In this document: piece by piece, positions 37,965-51,237 of the stretch
Layout: the number at the start of each line of letters is the position of its first letter
How positions within the stretch are numbered: position 1 is the first letter of the stretch
Source: Octopus sinensis
Taxonomy: Eukaryota
Assembly (NCBI RefSeq): GCF_006345805.1
Contig: NC_042998.1
Location: forward strand, 111,848,001-111,912,000
DNA: 64,000 nucleotides
Direction: 5' to 3'
Program-made: the position numbers and the translations under genes
The notes under the pieces: model-generated
Told to the model about the DNA's origin: nothing
Seen by the model: only the letters and a program-made list of their open reading frames with translations
The model's database searches: none

Positions 37965-38881
37965 GCCCGGGACCTATGGACAACTTCCAGAGATCCCTGG
38001 CCTGGCGGTGCTACCGAGAAGCGCTACCCGTTCGGGATAAGCTCTATAGGCATGGCTCGAGAAACACGGGGCCGACCTGCCCGAGATGCGGGCAGAGCGA
38101 CGAAACCGCTCTGCACGCAATCGTGCAGTGTCCAGCAATTTCCCACCTGTGGGCTTATGTCGAACGACTGCTGTCACGTGTGGGACGTGTCGGTTTATCA
38201 GCCGAGTCTATCGTTAATATCGTCACGCCTCCTTCCTTCAAACGGGAAGGAAGAGCTATTTTTATCATACTTGTGGCTATGGCGAAAGAATGTATCTGGT
38301 GGACGCGCCTGAAAGGATTAGAGACAAACACTTTCCTCTCTGGTCAATCTCTCATCAACTTCTTCAAGTATCACTTGAAGAGGAAAGTGAGAGTAGAGAG
38401 GCAAGTTTTGTCTAGTGAATGTTTTAAAAAAAGTGAATGTAGAAAGGATGGCACGTATGATTGACGAAGCCACCCTGACTATGATTCTATGAACCGTAAA
38501 AATTAATACAGAGAGTTGCTTATTTGCAAAAAAAAAGAAAAAAGTAATATAACATGTGACTTCATTGACCGAGGTTACCGTGGTCTTTTCCGTAGGCTTT
38601 TCTTTCCGTGGGTAAACCTCACCTGTCCTCCCCTTTACACTTCATATTGACATTTCTGTGATTACGATCCCTATTGATCAACTTTTTTTTTTCCTCTCCT
38701 CTTTTCTTTTATTTTCCCTCTCCCCACCTTTTTTTTAAATCCTCCCCTTTTTTGTCCTCTTTCTTTCCTTTTACGATCCCTTTTGATCGAAACCAACCCC
38801 CTCTTTTTTACCCCAAAAGAAAAGCTCTACCTTGTAATTTGTTCTGTCTGTGTGCAGCCCTGTGTGGCTAATAAAGAAACA
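37965..38881 (+). mobile_element. 5'-truncated copy of the Tx1-clade element
   Basis: Matches 44276-45157; preceded by ctatctatctatct and followed by (TATC)n 38882-38950. Confidence 0.95.
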
Positions 38882-38918
38882 TATCTATCTATCTATCATC
38901 TATCTATCTATCTATCTA

Positions 38919-38952
<34 letters not shown>

Positions 38953-39178
38953 CCTCTCTGGACAGACAGACGCAAGTCAAATGGGCTCCACGTAAGTTGG
39001 TATTTTTATACGTTCAAAAGTGTATATTGACAAATATTTTGTGTTTAAAAGTTGTGCAACAACATCCACTGCAAACCTTTGATAAATATCTACACAAAAG
39101 TTTGCCCCTTGTGGGCAAAATTTAAAAGAAAGAATTCTCATAGCCTTCGTGGTTTCATTTAGCCATTTTATTTCCAAA

Positions 39179-39529
39179 ATGGCCACTGGTCACCACGAGG
39201 CTGAGGTGCAAGTCAAGCGTGACGCAGAGACAGAAAAACAGGATGCTCTGTTAACATACGCTGAACCTGACAACAACACCACCATCAGCATCGACAACAA
39301 CAACATATACAAAACAAAGGTCGCAAGGCCAAGCACCGTCAACACCATCAGTAAGTCCACCACCAACACCGACAACAACACCATGGCAGAATCTGCTACT
39401 AAAACTACTATCCCTACTAAAGACATCGCCACCAATAACAATACCAACACCACCATCACCGCCACCAAAGACCGTGCCGTCAATGCTACTAATACTACTA
39501 ACACCACCGCCGTCACCAAGAACGACAAT

Positions 39530-39563
<34 letters not shown>

Positions 39564-41347
39564 GCAACAACAACGACGACGACAACAACAATTCCCTTCA
39601 ACCACTGCTCACTCCATCACCAACAAGTGAAAAAATAACGACAAGCAAACGAAATGCCGAAATTTGCGCTAATGCAGGACTAAATTACGCAGGCAATTTT
39701 CCACCCCTTGCTAGTTGCATAATCAGCAACCACAAGCTACAACCCACACCCCTGCCATCAACACCAACACCACCGGCAGTAACAACAATAACAAAACAAC
39801 AACAAACTTCGCCGAGGCGATAAAAGAAAAGGTAACAAAAGTTTCGTTTACTACACAACAGATTAAAGATTGCAGAAACCTTATTACAAATGAAAACGGA
39901 AAAATACTCTTACACATACCTCAGCACATACTGAATGAGGAGAAAAAAGAGACAATTGTATATAAAATCACAAATAAAAAAACTAAAAGTCCAGAAAAGG
40001 CAAGCACAGACAAAGTCGAAAAGTATCTGGGGATACAAGGATTGTGTGACTTGGGCGAACAAGTTCGCACACGTACAGGTGGTTTTTCAGAATGAAGAGT
40101 TGGCGAAGAAATTCTCAACGATAACCCTTCATTCTGATGAACTAACGTTGACACCGAGTTACCTCGGCCAGAAGGTGACGAAAGTCATTATCAGTGGTGT
40201 CCCCCAAGTGACTACAACACTGTGGATAACATCCGCCTTAACATCCGAAATGGAGGACTTAAACATCCTAGATATCGGTGTTTCGGAAAACAAGGACTGG
40301 CTGGGAAAGAGAATAGAGTTCCTCTTCCACATAAGTCAAGAGGACATAAATAAAATCCCCACCCACGTACATCTTGAGGATGGCCGCAAGTTATACGTAG
40401 TAGTCGAGGGCAGAAGGCCACGATGCTATACATGTGGCAGTGAGGCACACCTCAAAAAGGAGTGCAAATCTGCCGCAAAATCACAACAACAACAACAGCC
40501 ACAGGAAAAATCACAAGAGCCAGGATTATTGCCCACACCACAATATGGACAGCTAGTCAAGAAGCTGTATGCGGAAATGCAGGAAAAACAACAAAGAACA
40601 AGCCAACCCAACCAAACAACACCAACACCAGCGCCAAGAACAGAATCATCACCACCAACAACAAATAAACCAATTCCAACACCAAGAACAACAGCAAAAC
40701 CCAAAGGAACAGAAAAACAAAGAAAACACACACAAACTGATCCCCCATCCCTTATACCGCACTCAACACACACAAACACTCAACAACCAACAACAACGAA
40801 AACAACCACACAACCCCTTACACAGACATACATAGAAGCCCACAACATACCCCTACCCCCTTCTGATTCCTCAGAAATTTCGTCGGAAGACGAAACCAGT
40901 GAGGAATGGCAAATAGCTACAAAAAGAAGGAAAATAAAGAGCAGAAACACAACCAAACCAAATGCAAACACGAACAAAGCAGGGGGAAATACATCTCCCG
41001 AAGACATTTCAAAACCCAACGCAAACAACAGCCACACCAACACCACAAAAACATATACAGCAAACATGCTCACAGCCATAGACACCAAAAACACAAATTT
41101 GATGGAATACATCCAATCAAAAACAAACATAACAGAAGATGACATAAAAACAAACAATCACCCATACACAACACCACCAGACCACATCAAAATATTACAC
41201 ATCTCCAAAAGTCTGCACCACACACTCAAAGCATTTTCCCCAGTGCGGTTGGTAAATGCCAAAAATATCTCACAAAGAAACTGTACTGGGATCTTCTCGA
41301 GGACAAACCAACGGAGGAGAAAGCAAAAACTTTCGAGCAGTAAGTAA
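39179..41347 (+). CDS. Tx1 ORF1 (Gag-like nucleic-acid-binding protein); two frameshifts as assembled
   Basis: MATGHHEAEV.., Thr/Asn-rich N-terminus, GQKVTKVIISGVP, VVVEGRRPRCYTCGSEAHLKKEC (CX2CX4HX4C); shifts near 39790 and 40047. Confidence 0.85.
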
Positions 41348-41374
41348 CCCTCTGTATTCTAATTCATTAGAACT

Positions 41375-44300
41375 ATGATCAAGATTGGTTGTGTAAATGC
41401 GCGTGGCTTGGGGTCCCCTTGGAAACAAGGGTACCTCTTAAATGACATAAAGTCACATAAGTTAGAAATCATAGCCATAAGTGAGACCAGATTCCACAAT
41501 CCGCGGGCCCTAAAGACCATGTTTGGCGGACAGTTCAACATTCATTTTCCCCCCTGTCTGCCGAGAATGGGCGGTAGTGGCACCGCGGTACTTTTTCACA
41601 AGAGTCTGGATCTCAAAGTAAGGACAATATTCGTAGACCCGGAGGGTAGACTGGTCGTCCTGGATGTCGACGGCAGCAATGGGTGCGCTTTTCGACTCGT
41701 ATCAGTTTACGCACCGCCCTTAACAGGTCGGGCGGATTTCTTTCAACGTCTAGAAGTATTCTTGGGAACGTCTCGTCCTTTACTCTTAGTGGGGGATTGG
41801 AATGCTACCTTGGACACGCATGTAGACTACGTGGGTAGAGATAGGAATAGATGGGGATGCAAATGCCTCAGAGACCTGCTCAGACGCTTTCAACTGTCTG
41901 ACAGGTTCCGACTAGACCACCCGAATGCGCCAACGTGGACATGGAGCAACCGCATCGGGTCGTCGAGATCGTATCTAGATAGGATACTGTGTAGGACAGT
42001 AGATAGAGATAGCATAGGATGTCCACAATTCCACATAGTCAGCTACACGGATCACAAACTTGTGACATGCACGCTAGACTTAGGTAAGACACTTAGGCAG
42101 GGTCCCGGATATTGGAAACTAAACGCGTCTTTCCCATCGAGACAGGTTTCCAGAGACCGGATTAGCACACTAGTAAAGAGGGCTTTGACGGGAGCCATCA
42201 TCAACAACAAATGGTGGTTTGCCCTCAAGAGAGCAGTAAAAGCAGAAGCGATTAGGTACAGCAAAGCACTAGCCATATATAGAAATAGAGTAGAGGGTGA
42301 GCTAGTTAAGAAGCTAGAAGAGGCAATTAGAAGCGGCATCGCATCCGACGTTTTGGCGGGAGGTTGGCCCTCGACCAACACTTCAACGCCAAACACGAAG
42401 GATGTGCTGTCAGAGCTAGGATGCGTGCTCTAAGAAACGAAGGTGTTGGAGCCGCGAGAGAGGCCCGGGTGGCAGAGGCGCAACAGGGCAACAAAGCCAC
42501 CATTCGGTCCCTGGTAGATGAACAGGGGCGCGAATTGCTCGAGCCAAGTAAAATGTGTGAGGCCTTTCAGCAGCATTTTGCCCGACTGTTCGGAACGAGT
42601 GGAGGGCAAGAACGTAGGGTGGACTTCAGTGCCTACCTACATAGCCTACCACGACTCTCGACAAGAAAGGCAGGGTGCTGCGAAGGTGCCATCACGGCGG
42701 CGGAAGTGCAGGAAGCGATGGCAGAATGCTCGAGGGACAAATCACCGGGTTTGGATGGTCTACCCTACGAGCTTTACAATTGTATGCCAGACTTGTTTGG
42801 AGATCTCTTGGCGGCGGTGTACTGCAACTGGCAGCAAAACGGGAGCATTCCTGGTTTTGTGAGCCGAGGAGCCGTAACACTGCTGAAGAAAGATCTAAAC
42901 AAGGGAAATGTAATAGATAACTTTAGGCCCATCACTCTGCTTAATGCAGACTTGAAAATTTTGGCCAAGGTGCTAGCCAAGAGGTTGGCGCTTGTCATCG
43001 AGAAACTGGTCGACAAGGCGCAAACGTGCGCCGTGCCAGGCCGGACCATCCATGACAACCTCCATCTGATGCGCTACATCATAGACAGGGTAGTTAACGA
43101 AACTGGCATGGGTGGGGCCCTGATCAACTTGGATCAATCGAAAGCCTTTGATAGGGTAGACCATCGATACTTGGAGGCAGTCCTGAGAGCGGCTGTTTCG
43201 GTCCCGTCTTCCGCGGCTGGATAGCTGCCTTGTACAGAGGCATCCGTTCGGTAATTCGCGTAAATGGACATCTATCGAGACCTTTCGACATGCACGTTCG
43301 GTCCGTCAGGGATGCCCCCTCTCGGCGCTTCTATACGTATTGACTCTTGAGCCACTACTGCGGAAGCTGGCGACTCTAAGGGGCATCCCGCGAGAATTGG
43401 GATGCGGGACGAGCGTGTCTGCATACGCGGACGACGTCACCGTCATAGTGTCAAGCCACGAGCACATCGAGCGGGTCGGCGAGACACTGAAAGACTACGA
43501 AGCGGTGACAGGAGCAAAAATCAACCGGGAAAATCAGTGGGTTTGCGGCTCGGCACCTGGAGAAGCAAGCCCATGCCGTCCACCAGTACCTCCGTCGTGG
43601 GACGCTGGACAGACGGCCCGGTTGAGTTGCTCGGGGTCTGGTTCGGTCCGGACCTCCAAATGGAGAAGAACTGGAACGAGATAACGAGTAGGGTGGTCAC
43701 TCTCGCCCAGCAATGGGCCGAGAGGAAACTGTCCCTAAAAGGTCGGGCGGAGGTGGCGAACGCGTACATCGCGTCCGTCATCTACTACCGCCTGACCGTC
43801 GTACCTTGTCCCGACCCTACCATCACCAAACTAGAACGCATTCTCTTCCGCTTCCTGTGGAAAGGATGCGTCCCGATGGTCAGGCGATCCATTTGCTGTC
43901 AACACCCGTTAAAAGGAGGGCTGGGCGTGCCGTGGTTGATGATGCGCAGACACGCGCTGAGACTGCGACATCTCCGGCTCTATGTAGACGACGGTGAACA
44001 GGTGTGGTCGCCGTTTGTGAGGCACGCATTCCCGCAACTCGTCTCCATGACCGAACTGCAGTCGTGGATCAAAAAGAGGCCGAGGAAGGGCGAATGGCAC
44101 CGCGAGTGTCGCGTTGCTCTCAAGCAACTCTGCCGTCCCGAGTCGACCTTGAGTGACTTCAACACAACCAAAGCATTCTATAGGGGATTAGTGGAGGGGA
44201 GGTACGACGACGAGCTCGGGGCAAACCTGGGCGTCGACGAGGAATACCTGACCCGCCTGTTTCAAACGACTTTCGGCCCGGGACCTATGGACAACTTCCA

Positions 44301-44807
44301 GAGATCCCTGGCCTGGCGGTGCTACCGAGAAGCGCTACCCGTTCGGGATAAGCTCTATAGGCATGGCTCGAGAAACACGGGGCCGACCTGCCCGAGATGC
44401 GGGCAGAGCGACGAAACCGCTCTGCACGCAATCGTGCAGTGTCCAGCAATTTCCCACCTGTGGGCTTATGTCGAACGACTGCTGTCACGTGTGGGACGTG
44501 TCGGTTTATCAGCCGAGTCTATCGTTAATATCGTCACGCCTCCTTCCTTCGAACGGGAAGGAAGAGCTATTTTATCATACTTGTGGCTATGGCGAAAGAA
44601 TGTATCTGGTGGACGCGCCTGAAAGGATTAGAGACAAACACTTTCCTCTCTGGTCAATCTCTCATCAACTTCTTCAAGTATCACTTGAAGAGGAAAGTGA
44701 GAGTAGAGAGGCAAGTTTTGTCTAGTGAATGTTTTAAAAAAAGATGGGTGAATGTAGCAAGGATGGCACGTATGAATGACGAAGCCACCTTGACTATGAT
44801 TCTATGA
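41375..44807 (+). CDS. Tx1 ORF2: APE endonuclease, reverse transcriptase, zinc finger; five frameshifts as assembled
   Basis: IGCVNARGL, ISET, GDWNA, YLDRI, TDHK, GPGYWKLN; KSPGLDGLP, NFRPITLLNADLKILAK, DQSKAFDRVDH, RQGCPLS, AYADDVT; CPRCGQSDETALHAIVQC. Confidence 0.92.
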
Positions 44808-45157
44808 ACCATAAAAATTAATACAGAGAGTTGCTTATTTGCAAAAAAAGAAAAAAGAAATATAACATTGACCGAGGTTACCGTGGTCTTTTCCGTAGGC
44901 TTTTCTTTCCACGGGTAAACCTCACCTGTCCTCCCCTTTACACTTCATATTGACATTTCTGTGATAACGATCCCTATTATTCATTTGTTTCTCCCCCCCC
45001 TTTTTTTAACCCCTCCCTTTTTTTGTCCTTTTTCTTTCCTTTTACGATCCCTTTTGATCAAAAACAACCACTCCCTTTTTTTTTACCCCCAAAAGAAAAG
45101 CTCTACCTTGTAATTTGTTCTATCTGTGTGCAGCCCTGTGTGGCTAATAAAGAAACA

Positions 45158-45346
<189 letters not shown>

Positions 45347-45472
45347 GGGTGGTGCTTCAGCATGGTCACAGTCAAATAACTGAGATAGCTAAAAGAATAA
45401 AAGAGTAAAAGATATATATATATATATAATATATATATATAATATATATATATACATATATATATATATGGA

Positions 45473-45511
<39 letters not shown>

Positions 45512-45517
45512 TGATAA

Positions 45518-45582
<65 letters not shown>

Positions 45583-45944
45583 CAGACAGCCGAGAGTCCA
45601 TCAAAAAGAACATGTATTCACAGTTCAAGAAAAGAAAAACTATGCATACGGCGCATTAACAGGGGAGGAAATCCCAAGATGATCACATGCAATTAATGAT
45701 GATGATCCTTATCGAACAGTCGAGCTTTGTGAGTGGTTTCAGCATATTGTCCCAAAGTGAATTTCTTAACTAATCTACCAAGTCATCCTCTATATGTTTA
45801 CATACATACACACAGACACACAGACACACACACACACACACACACACACCACACACACACACACACACATACATACAAACACACTCTCGTATATATGTAT
45901 ATATAAACTTATATATACATATTGGTTTCAAAATTTGGTACAAG

Positions 45945-46090
45945 ACCAAAAATTTTGAAGGTGGGAGCAAGTAGATTATGTTGACCCTCAAACTCAACTG
46001 GTACTTATCTTATCGACTGCGAAAGGGCGAAAGGAAAAGCTGAGCTCAACGAAATTTGAACTCAGAACATTTTGCCACGATTGCTAACCA
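45945..46090 (-). mobile_element. SINE family A, degenerate
   Basis: ggtttcaaaattt..aactggtactt..atttgaactcagaac..tagttcgccacctt. Confidence 0.7.
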
Positions 46091-46124
46091 TTCTGCTAGT
46101 TCGCCACCTTATATACATAGAAAT

Positions 46125-46440
46125 ATTACTTGCCCTCCATCGATTGCGTTGACGAGAATTCCAGTTGATCCGATCGACGGAAAAGCCTGCACGTGAAATT
46201 AACGTGTATGTGTTTGTGCACTCCAGCGACATGCGTACCTTTAACGTGGTTCTCAGGGAGTTTCAGCGTCAGAAGAATGACCCTTTGAATTACAAGTACA
46301 ACTCGTTTTTGTCAGCTGAGTTGATTGGAGTAACATGAAATAAAGAGTCTTGTTGAAGCACACAACGCGCTACCGGAAATCGATCTCATGTCCTTACGAT
46401 CGTGAACGAATACCCTAACCACTAAGCCACGCGCCTTCAC
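46125..46440 (-). mobile_element. SINE: family D head and centre with tail T1
   Basis: Homologous along its length to 24930-25257. Confidence 0.8.
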
Positions 46441-47177
46441 ATATACACACTAAATTACATGCAGTCATTCACATGCACAGTCCTACAAGTATATACGCTT
46501 GGTTAGAAGCATCACAGAAGCATACACACGCACGCTCCTGTATACACCAAACATGCATACAGCGAAACACATGCACGTATGCATGAACCCACACACATAC
46601 ACATGTATATACACGTGCATTGACGCGTACACATATAACAATATCTACTCCCACACAAGTCCACTTGTACGTAACGTTTTCAATAGATACCTGACTTTGA
46701 AAAAGAACAATCTCAACGTCGGACTAGAAATTTATTGCTTTTTTTTTGTTTTTGCCGCTTACATTTTTTTGATGCAGCTTTGTTGCAGTAAAAGTAGTCG
46801 TGGTTGTTGCTGCAATTGTTCTTATGTAGTCTTCATTATTGCTGATTTAAAGGCACACTTCATTTCAATGGGACATCTAATTGCTCTACTTCGCGACCTG
46901 TGTCTCTAAAAATTGACATGTTACCTAAAAAAATGGATTTCAAAGTATTACGAAAGGAAATCAAAGCTCCGGTTACCAACACAATATAAGTGCATTCTTC
47001 TAAACACCTCATACAATTAAATCCCTCCTCTTCCTTTTCTACCTCTTTCAGTTGTTTTATTTCTTTGAACTTTATCAAGTCCATTATTTCATAAATATTC
47101 AGTACAATTCTTATTGTATTGCGTTCATGTCTTACATTTAGTTGTATGTTTATTGTTTCGCTCGTGTTACAATGGTT

Positions 47178-47390
47178 GCAGCGAGCTGGCAGAAGGGTTA
47201 GCACGTCGGACAAAATGCTTAGCAGTATTTCATCCGTCTTTACTTTCTGTGTTCAAATTTCGCCGAGGACAATTTTGTCTTTCATTCTTTCAGAATCTAT
47301 ACAATAAGTACAAGTCAAGTAATAGGATCGATAATCAACTACCACTTCCTCCAAAATTTCAGGCCTTGTGCCAATAGTAGAAAGAATTAT
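47178..47390 (+). mobile_element. SINE family A
   Basis: gcgagctggcagaagggttagcacg..gttcaaatttcgccgagg..ccttgtgccaatagtagaaagaat. Confidence 0.8.
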
Positions 47391-47699
47391 TCTAGCCGGG
47401 TCAATTGAATCTATCAACGAATGGATGTTTGTGAAGAAGAATATCTAAAAACCAATGGCAATCTGCCAAGCATAAACTATACTACAAATATAAATAAATC
47501 GGGAAAGATAATCTGCAAACTCACTAAATAGGCGTGAGGGTGGGGAACCCAAAGTTATACTGCCGTCCCAATAGTTTAGAGTACCTTGGCTGAAAGTTTT
47601 AACTCTACTTACGGATTGCTTTTATCTTTTGATCAGGAAGGAAGGCAGTGCCTATGACCCTTTCCAGGTACACTAGGACTGGTGTAAGTAAGGTAAAAA

Positions 47700-48000
47700 G
47701 GTAACATTAAATCAGAGATTTGGTCCGAATTCTTGGAACATGGTGAATGACTATTCGATCACTTATGCTGTATAGCCGCTCTAAATCTTTTACTAGACTG
47801 TTTTTCGCAGCAAATCCAACACCTTGGTTTTTCAGCCCAGAAAATTGTGAACGCAGAAGAAGCTTTTTCTGAAATTGTCTTTACAAGGAAGCTGAGCTTT
47901 TGAAGGTGCTGCGATATCTATCCCGAGACATTGCAGTTCTTTAGCTACAAATGTACCCAGATGTTTAGGACAATCCATAGAAGGTGTTAATTTATTTTAT
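47700..48000 (-). pseudogene. Degenerate RTE APE N-terminal relic
   Basis: ELQCLGIDIAA.., FTIFWAEK..GVGFAAKK, SDRIV across frameshifts. Confidence 0.5.
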
Positions 48001-48776
48001 CGTTAAAATAAAATCGTGTGCTAAATCTCTGTTCATTCCTGCTTTTGATGACCAACACCAGCCACAGTAAACTAACCAGCATAAGACAAGAGATTTTTTA
48101 ATGCACCCCTTTTTAGCACATCACCCGACACAAAGTAACTGGGTGAGCAGTGCACTGCTAAAGAAGAGTGAGAAAAGATATCCTGTTGAAGCAATTTCTG
48201 CTCATGAGCGCATGACATTAGCATAACCTGCCTGCCAGCTCGAGTGTAGATTCATCACTGTGCGGTCTTCAGCTGGTTAAGTCTGCACTCCGCCATCGCC
48301 ATAGTACTGTAATAAAGAGATGATGAACTAAATAGAATGAAACCTCTGAACGCCATTGGATTGAACTAAATAGAATGAGACCTCTGAACGCCATTGGATT
48401 AAAGTAACATACTCGTGTACAACACATACAATTTTCTACGTGTCAGTAACTGGAAGCCAGTGACAAATATTGCAACATGACTAGCATCTACATTAAATAT
48501 AGGTTTCATTTCAGAGTGCCTTTTCTTAGACTTTTCGAATCAAGGAACATTAAGAAGTCAGCAGGAGTTTGAAAGAAGCATATTTGCACACAATTAGACG
48601 GCCACTGACTCTCATGAGTTCATCCACTCTTTAATGAGTCTTGTTTTTTCACCCCAACAGAGTATCCAAAACTCATTTTCCACACCAAGCAAGTTTGGTT
48701 GGGTTGCCAGTTTTGTTGCTAACGATCCATATATATACATATATGTATGGCAAATATGCGTATATACGCATATTAT

Positions 48777-48824
<48 letters not shown>

Positions 48825-48860
48825 ATATATATATATATATAATATATACATATATATATG

Positions 48861-48894
<34 letters not shown>

Positions 48895-48954
48895 TGTATG
48901 TCTGTATGTATGTATGTATGTATGTATGTATGTATGCATGTATGTATATATATA

Positions 48955-49230
48955 TTGTCCGTTTTTTCCGTCTTTGCTTTTGTATACATTCGCCGCTTTC
49001 TTCCAAGGAATCTAATGCTCTTAGCTTAGTTTTTCCTTGGAGCTGGCAAGATGGGAGCAATCTCAAGAATAATCAGCAGAAATTGCGAGTGTAATCTGGT
49101 ACTTGACTGAGGAAAGAAAAATCGAATCGTCCTTTTTTTCTTTGTATCGTCTATCTGGATGTTTTGTCGTCCCTTCTTGTATCACGTAGCTGTCCGGATG
49201 TTTTGCGTTCTTGTCCCATTTTGTATATTT
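48955..49230 (+). mobile_element. Repeat family P1, copy 3 (more diverged)
   Basis: ccaaggaatctaatgc..gagcaatctcaag..gaaattgcga..cttgactgagga. Confidence 0.55.
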
Positions 49231-49410
49231 TAGTTGTGGTATATTCCGTTAGAAACGTGGCAGAGAACAGTATAAAGCCCGTGTACCCTCGGAATTATCC
49301 AATACTATCCGGTAGCATTATTATATACTTCGAGCATTATTATATATCTTCGACTTGAAGGCTATCCCATCCATGTTTATGTTTGGGTATTCGTTGTATG
49401 TGAATATGAA

Positions 49411-49853
49411 ATTGAAGAAATTGGAGTCAAGTCAACAAGGAGTACGGCGGGACAGTTATTTTTTAATCACTACAATTGTTTCCACTCGACGTGGTTCTCC
49501 AAAACTACAGATATTTGATTACGCAACTGTTTGTTTGAATAATGAGATCCAGTTGTGTTCTCTCTGGCGATATTCAAGTGTTGCTTCCCTTAGTTTAAAA
49601 TCTTCGACTTCAAGGCTATCCCATCCGGTTTGAATTTTGTAGCAGTTTGTAGATTCATGAAGTCGAAGATTTTAAACTAACGGAGACAACACTTGAATAT
49701 CACCTGAAGATACACAACTGGATCTCATTATGCAAACAAACAGTTGTATAATCAAATACCTGTACTTTGGAGCACCACGTTGTGTGGAAACAATTGTAGT
49801 GATTAAAAAATAACTGTCCAACCGTACTCCTTGTTGACTCCAATTTCTCCAAT
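49411..49853. repeat. Inverted repeat, arms about 200 bp (49411-49612, 49658-49853), 45-bp spacer
   Basis: Arms align end to end with scattered mismatches; 26-bp direct repeat tcttcgact..cccatcc at 49347 and 49601. Confidence 0.92.
49699..49803 (+). ncRNA. Type I hammerhead ribozyme motif, canonical core
   Basis: atcac-CTGAAGA-tacacaac...gttgtgtg-GAAA-caattg-TA-gtgat; helix II of 8 bp plus extension; predicted cut after 49798. Confidence 0.8.
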
Positions 49854-50021
49854 TATATATATCTATATGCATGCATGTATGTATGTATGTATGCATGTAT
49901 GTATGTATGTATGTATGTATGTATGTATGTATGTATGTATGTATGTATGTATATAGAAGTATATACATAAATATACGTGAGTGTGGGTGTATATATGCAT
50001 GCACACACGTACACATATACA

Positions 50022-50090
<69 letters not shown>

Positions 50091-50236
50091 ATATATAATA
50101 TATATATATATACATGTATAAACATCAATATACGTACGTGTGTATATATAGATTAATCAATGACATTCCAACTTAGTCTATTTTTCACGTCTTACTATTT
50201 GCAATTTTTACAATTTTAGAATTTTACAGTATTGAA

Positions 50237-50278
50237 ATAAACTAGTACTTTCATGTGTTACGTAATCATCAGGTTTAT
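50237..50278 (-). ncRNA. Minimal hammerhead motif with weak helix II
   Basis: Minus strand ataaac-CTGATGA-ttacgtaacacat-GAAA-gtac-TA-gtttat; 6-bp helix I, palindromic AGTACT, CUA triplet. Confidence 0.55.
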
Positions 50279-51117
50279 GTAGTGACAGTCGTGTTTCACA
50301 ACTGATTAATATATTGATTTATTTATTGTTTCACAATTGATCAATATATTGTTCTTTACACAATCATACAAACTCGGATATATATATTTCCAAGTAAGTT
50401 TTATCCTAATAATTTCGATTCGACTCTTATTCTATTTCTCTTTCCCTCTTCTCTTTCGTTTCTTCTCTCTTCCTTTTTCTAATTCTTTTTATCTCCCACT
50501 CTCCCCCTTTGGTTTTTTCTCTCTCATCCTTTCTCTAATTCTTTTCCTCTCCCCTTCACCGTTCTCAATCGATCCCTCTCACTTCATCACTCTTCCTCCT
50601 TTACTCTCTCGTTGCTCACACGTGACCATCGGCCGTCTTTCTTTTCCTAAATTGAGTTTCTTTCCTTTCGATCAGCTACAGAGATAAGATGCATTTTTGT
50701 ATGTCTCCTCTCAAAGCTTATTCCTCCTGCGTTCGCCACCTCACTTCGCTATGGCTTAGCAGCCCTTACTGTTTGTTCTCACTGCCCTGTTTTTTGTTAC
50801 CAACTTTGACCCTCCGCAAATTCCAAATTTTATTCAAGTTGCTTTGCGGAAGCAACTGTTTTGACGAAGGCGCATCTTATAATTGCTCGAAATGCGGAGT
50901 AGATAAAACAGCCGACACCTGTGAAGGGTTGTTCTTAATGTTATTTGTCTTGTTTTCAATTTGTTTCTTCCGTTGTTCGCAAAAAAGGTTCATATTTCAT
51001 GTTTTCGTATTTTATACTGTTTACGTTCAATGACGTCCTGTACCCATATATGCATATGTATATACATATATACGCATGTACATATATGTACGTATATATG
51101 CATATATATTATATATA

Positions 51118-51157
<40 letters not shown>

Positions 51158-51205
51158 TATATATACATTAATATATACATATATATATACTTATATATAT
51201 ATAAC

Positions 51206-51237
<32 letters not shown>

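Larger units (their letters stand above)
38955..45157 (+). mobile_element. Apparently full-length Tx1/L1-clade non-LTR retrotransposon (about 6.2 kb)
   Basis: 5' UTR, ORF1 with CCHC knuckle, ORF2 APE-RT-CCHC, pyrimidine-rich 3' UTR, AATAAA at 45146, no poly(A), (TATC)n on both sides. Confidence 0.95.

Noticed and set aside
42052-44488. Antisense and alternative-frame ORFs overlapping Tx1 ORF2
   Set aside because: Expected shadow ORFs of GC-rich coding sequence and by-products of frameshifts.
46860-47213. 117-aa minus-strand ORF with Cys pairs
   Set aside because: Starts inside a SINE and shows no family motif I can name; may be an old transposase relic.
48326-48400. 38-bp tandem duplication; also a 15-bp triplet at 56366-56411
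   Set aside because: Simple slippage duplications without spacers; not CRISPR-like.
50845-50915. ttgacga...gaaa motif
   Set aside because: C3 is missing and the helices do not register.
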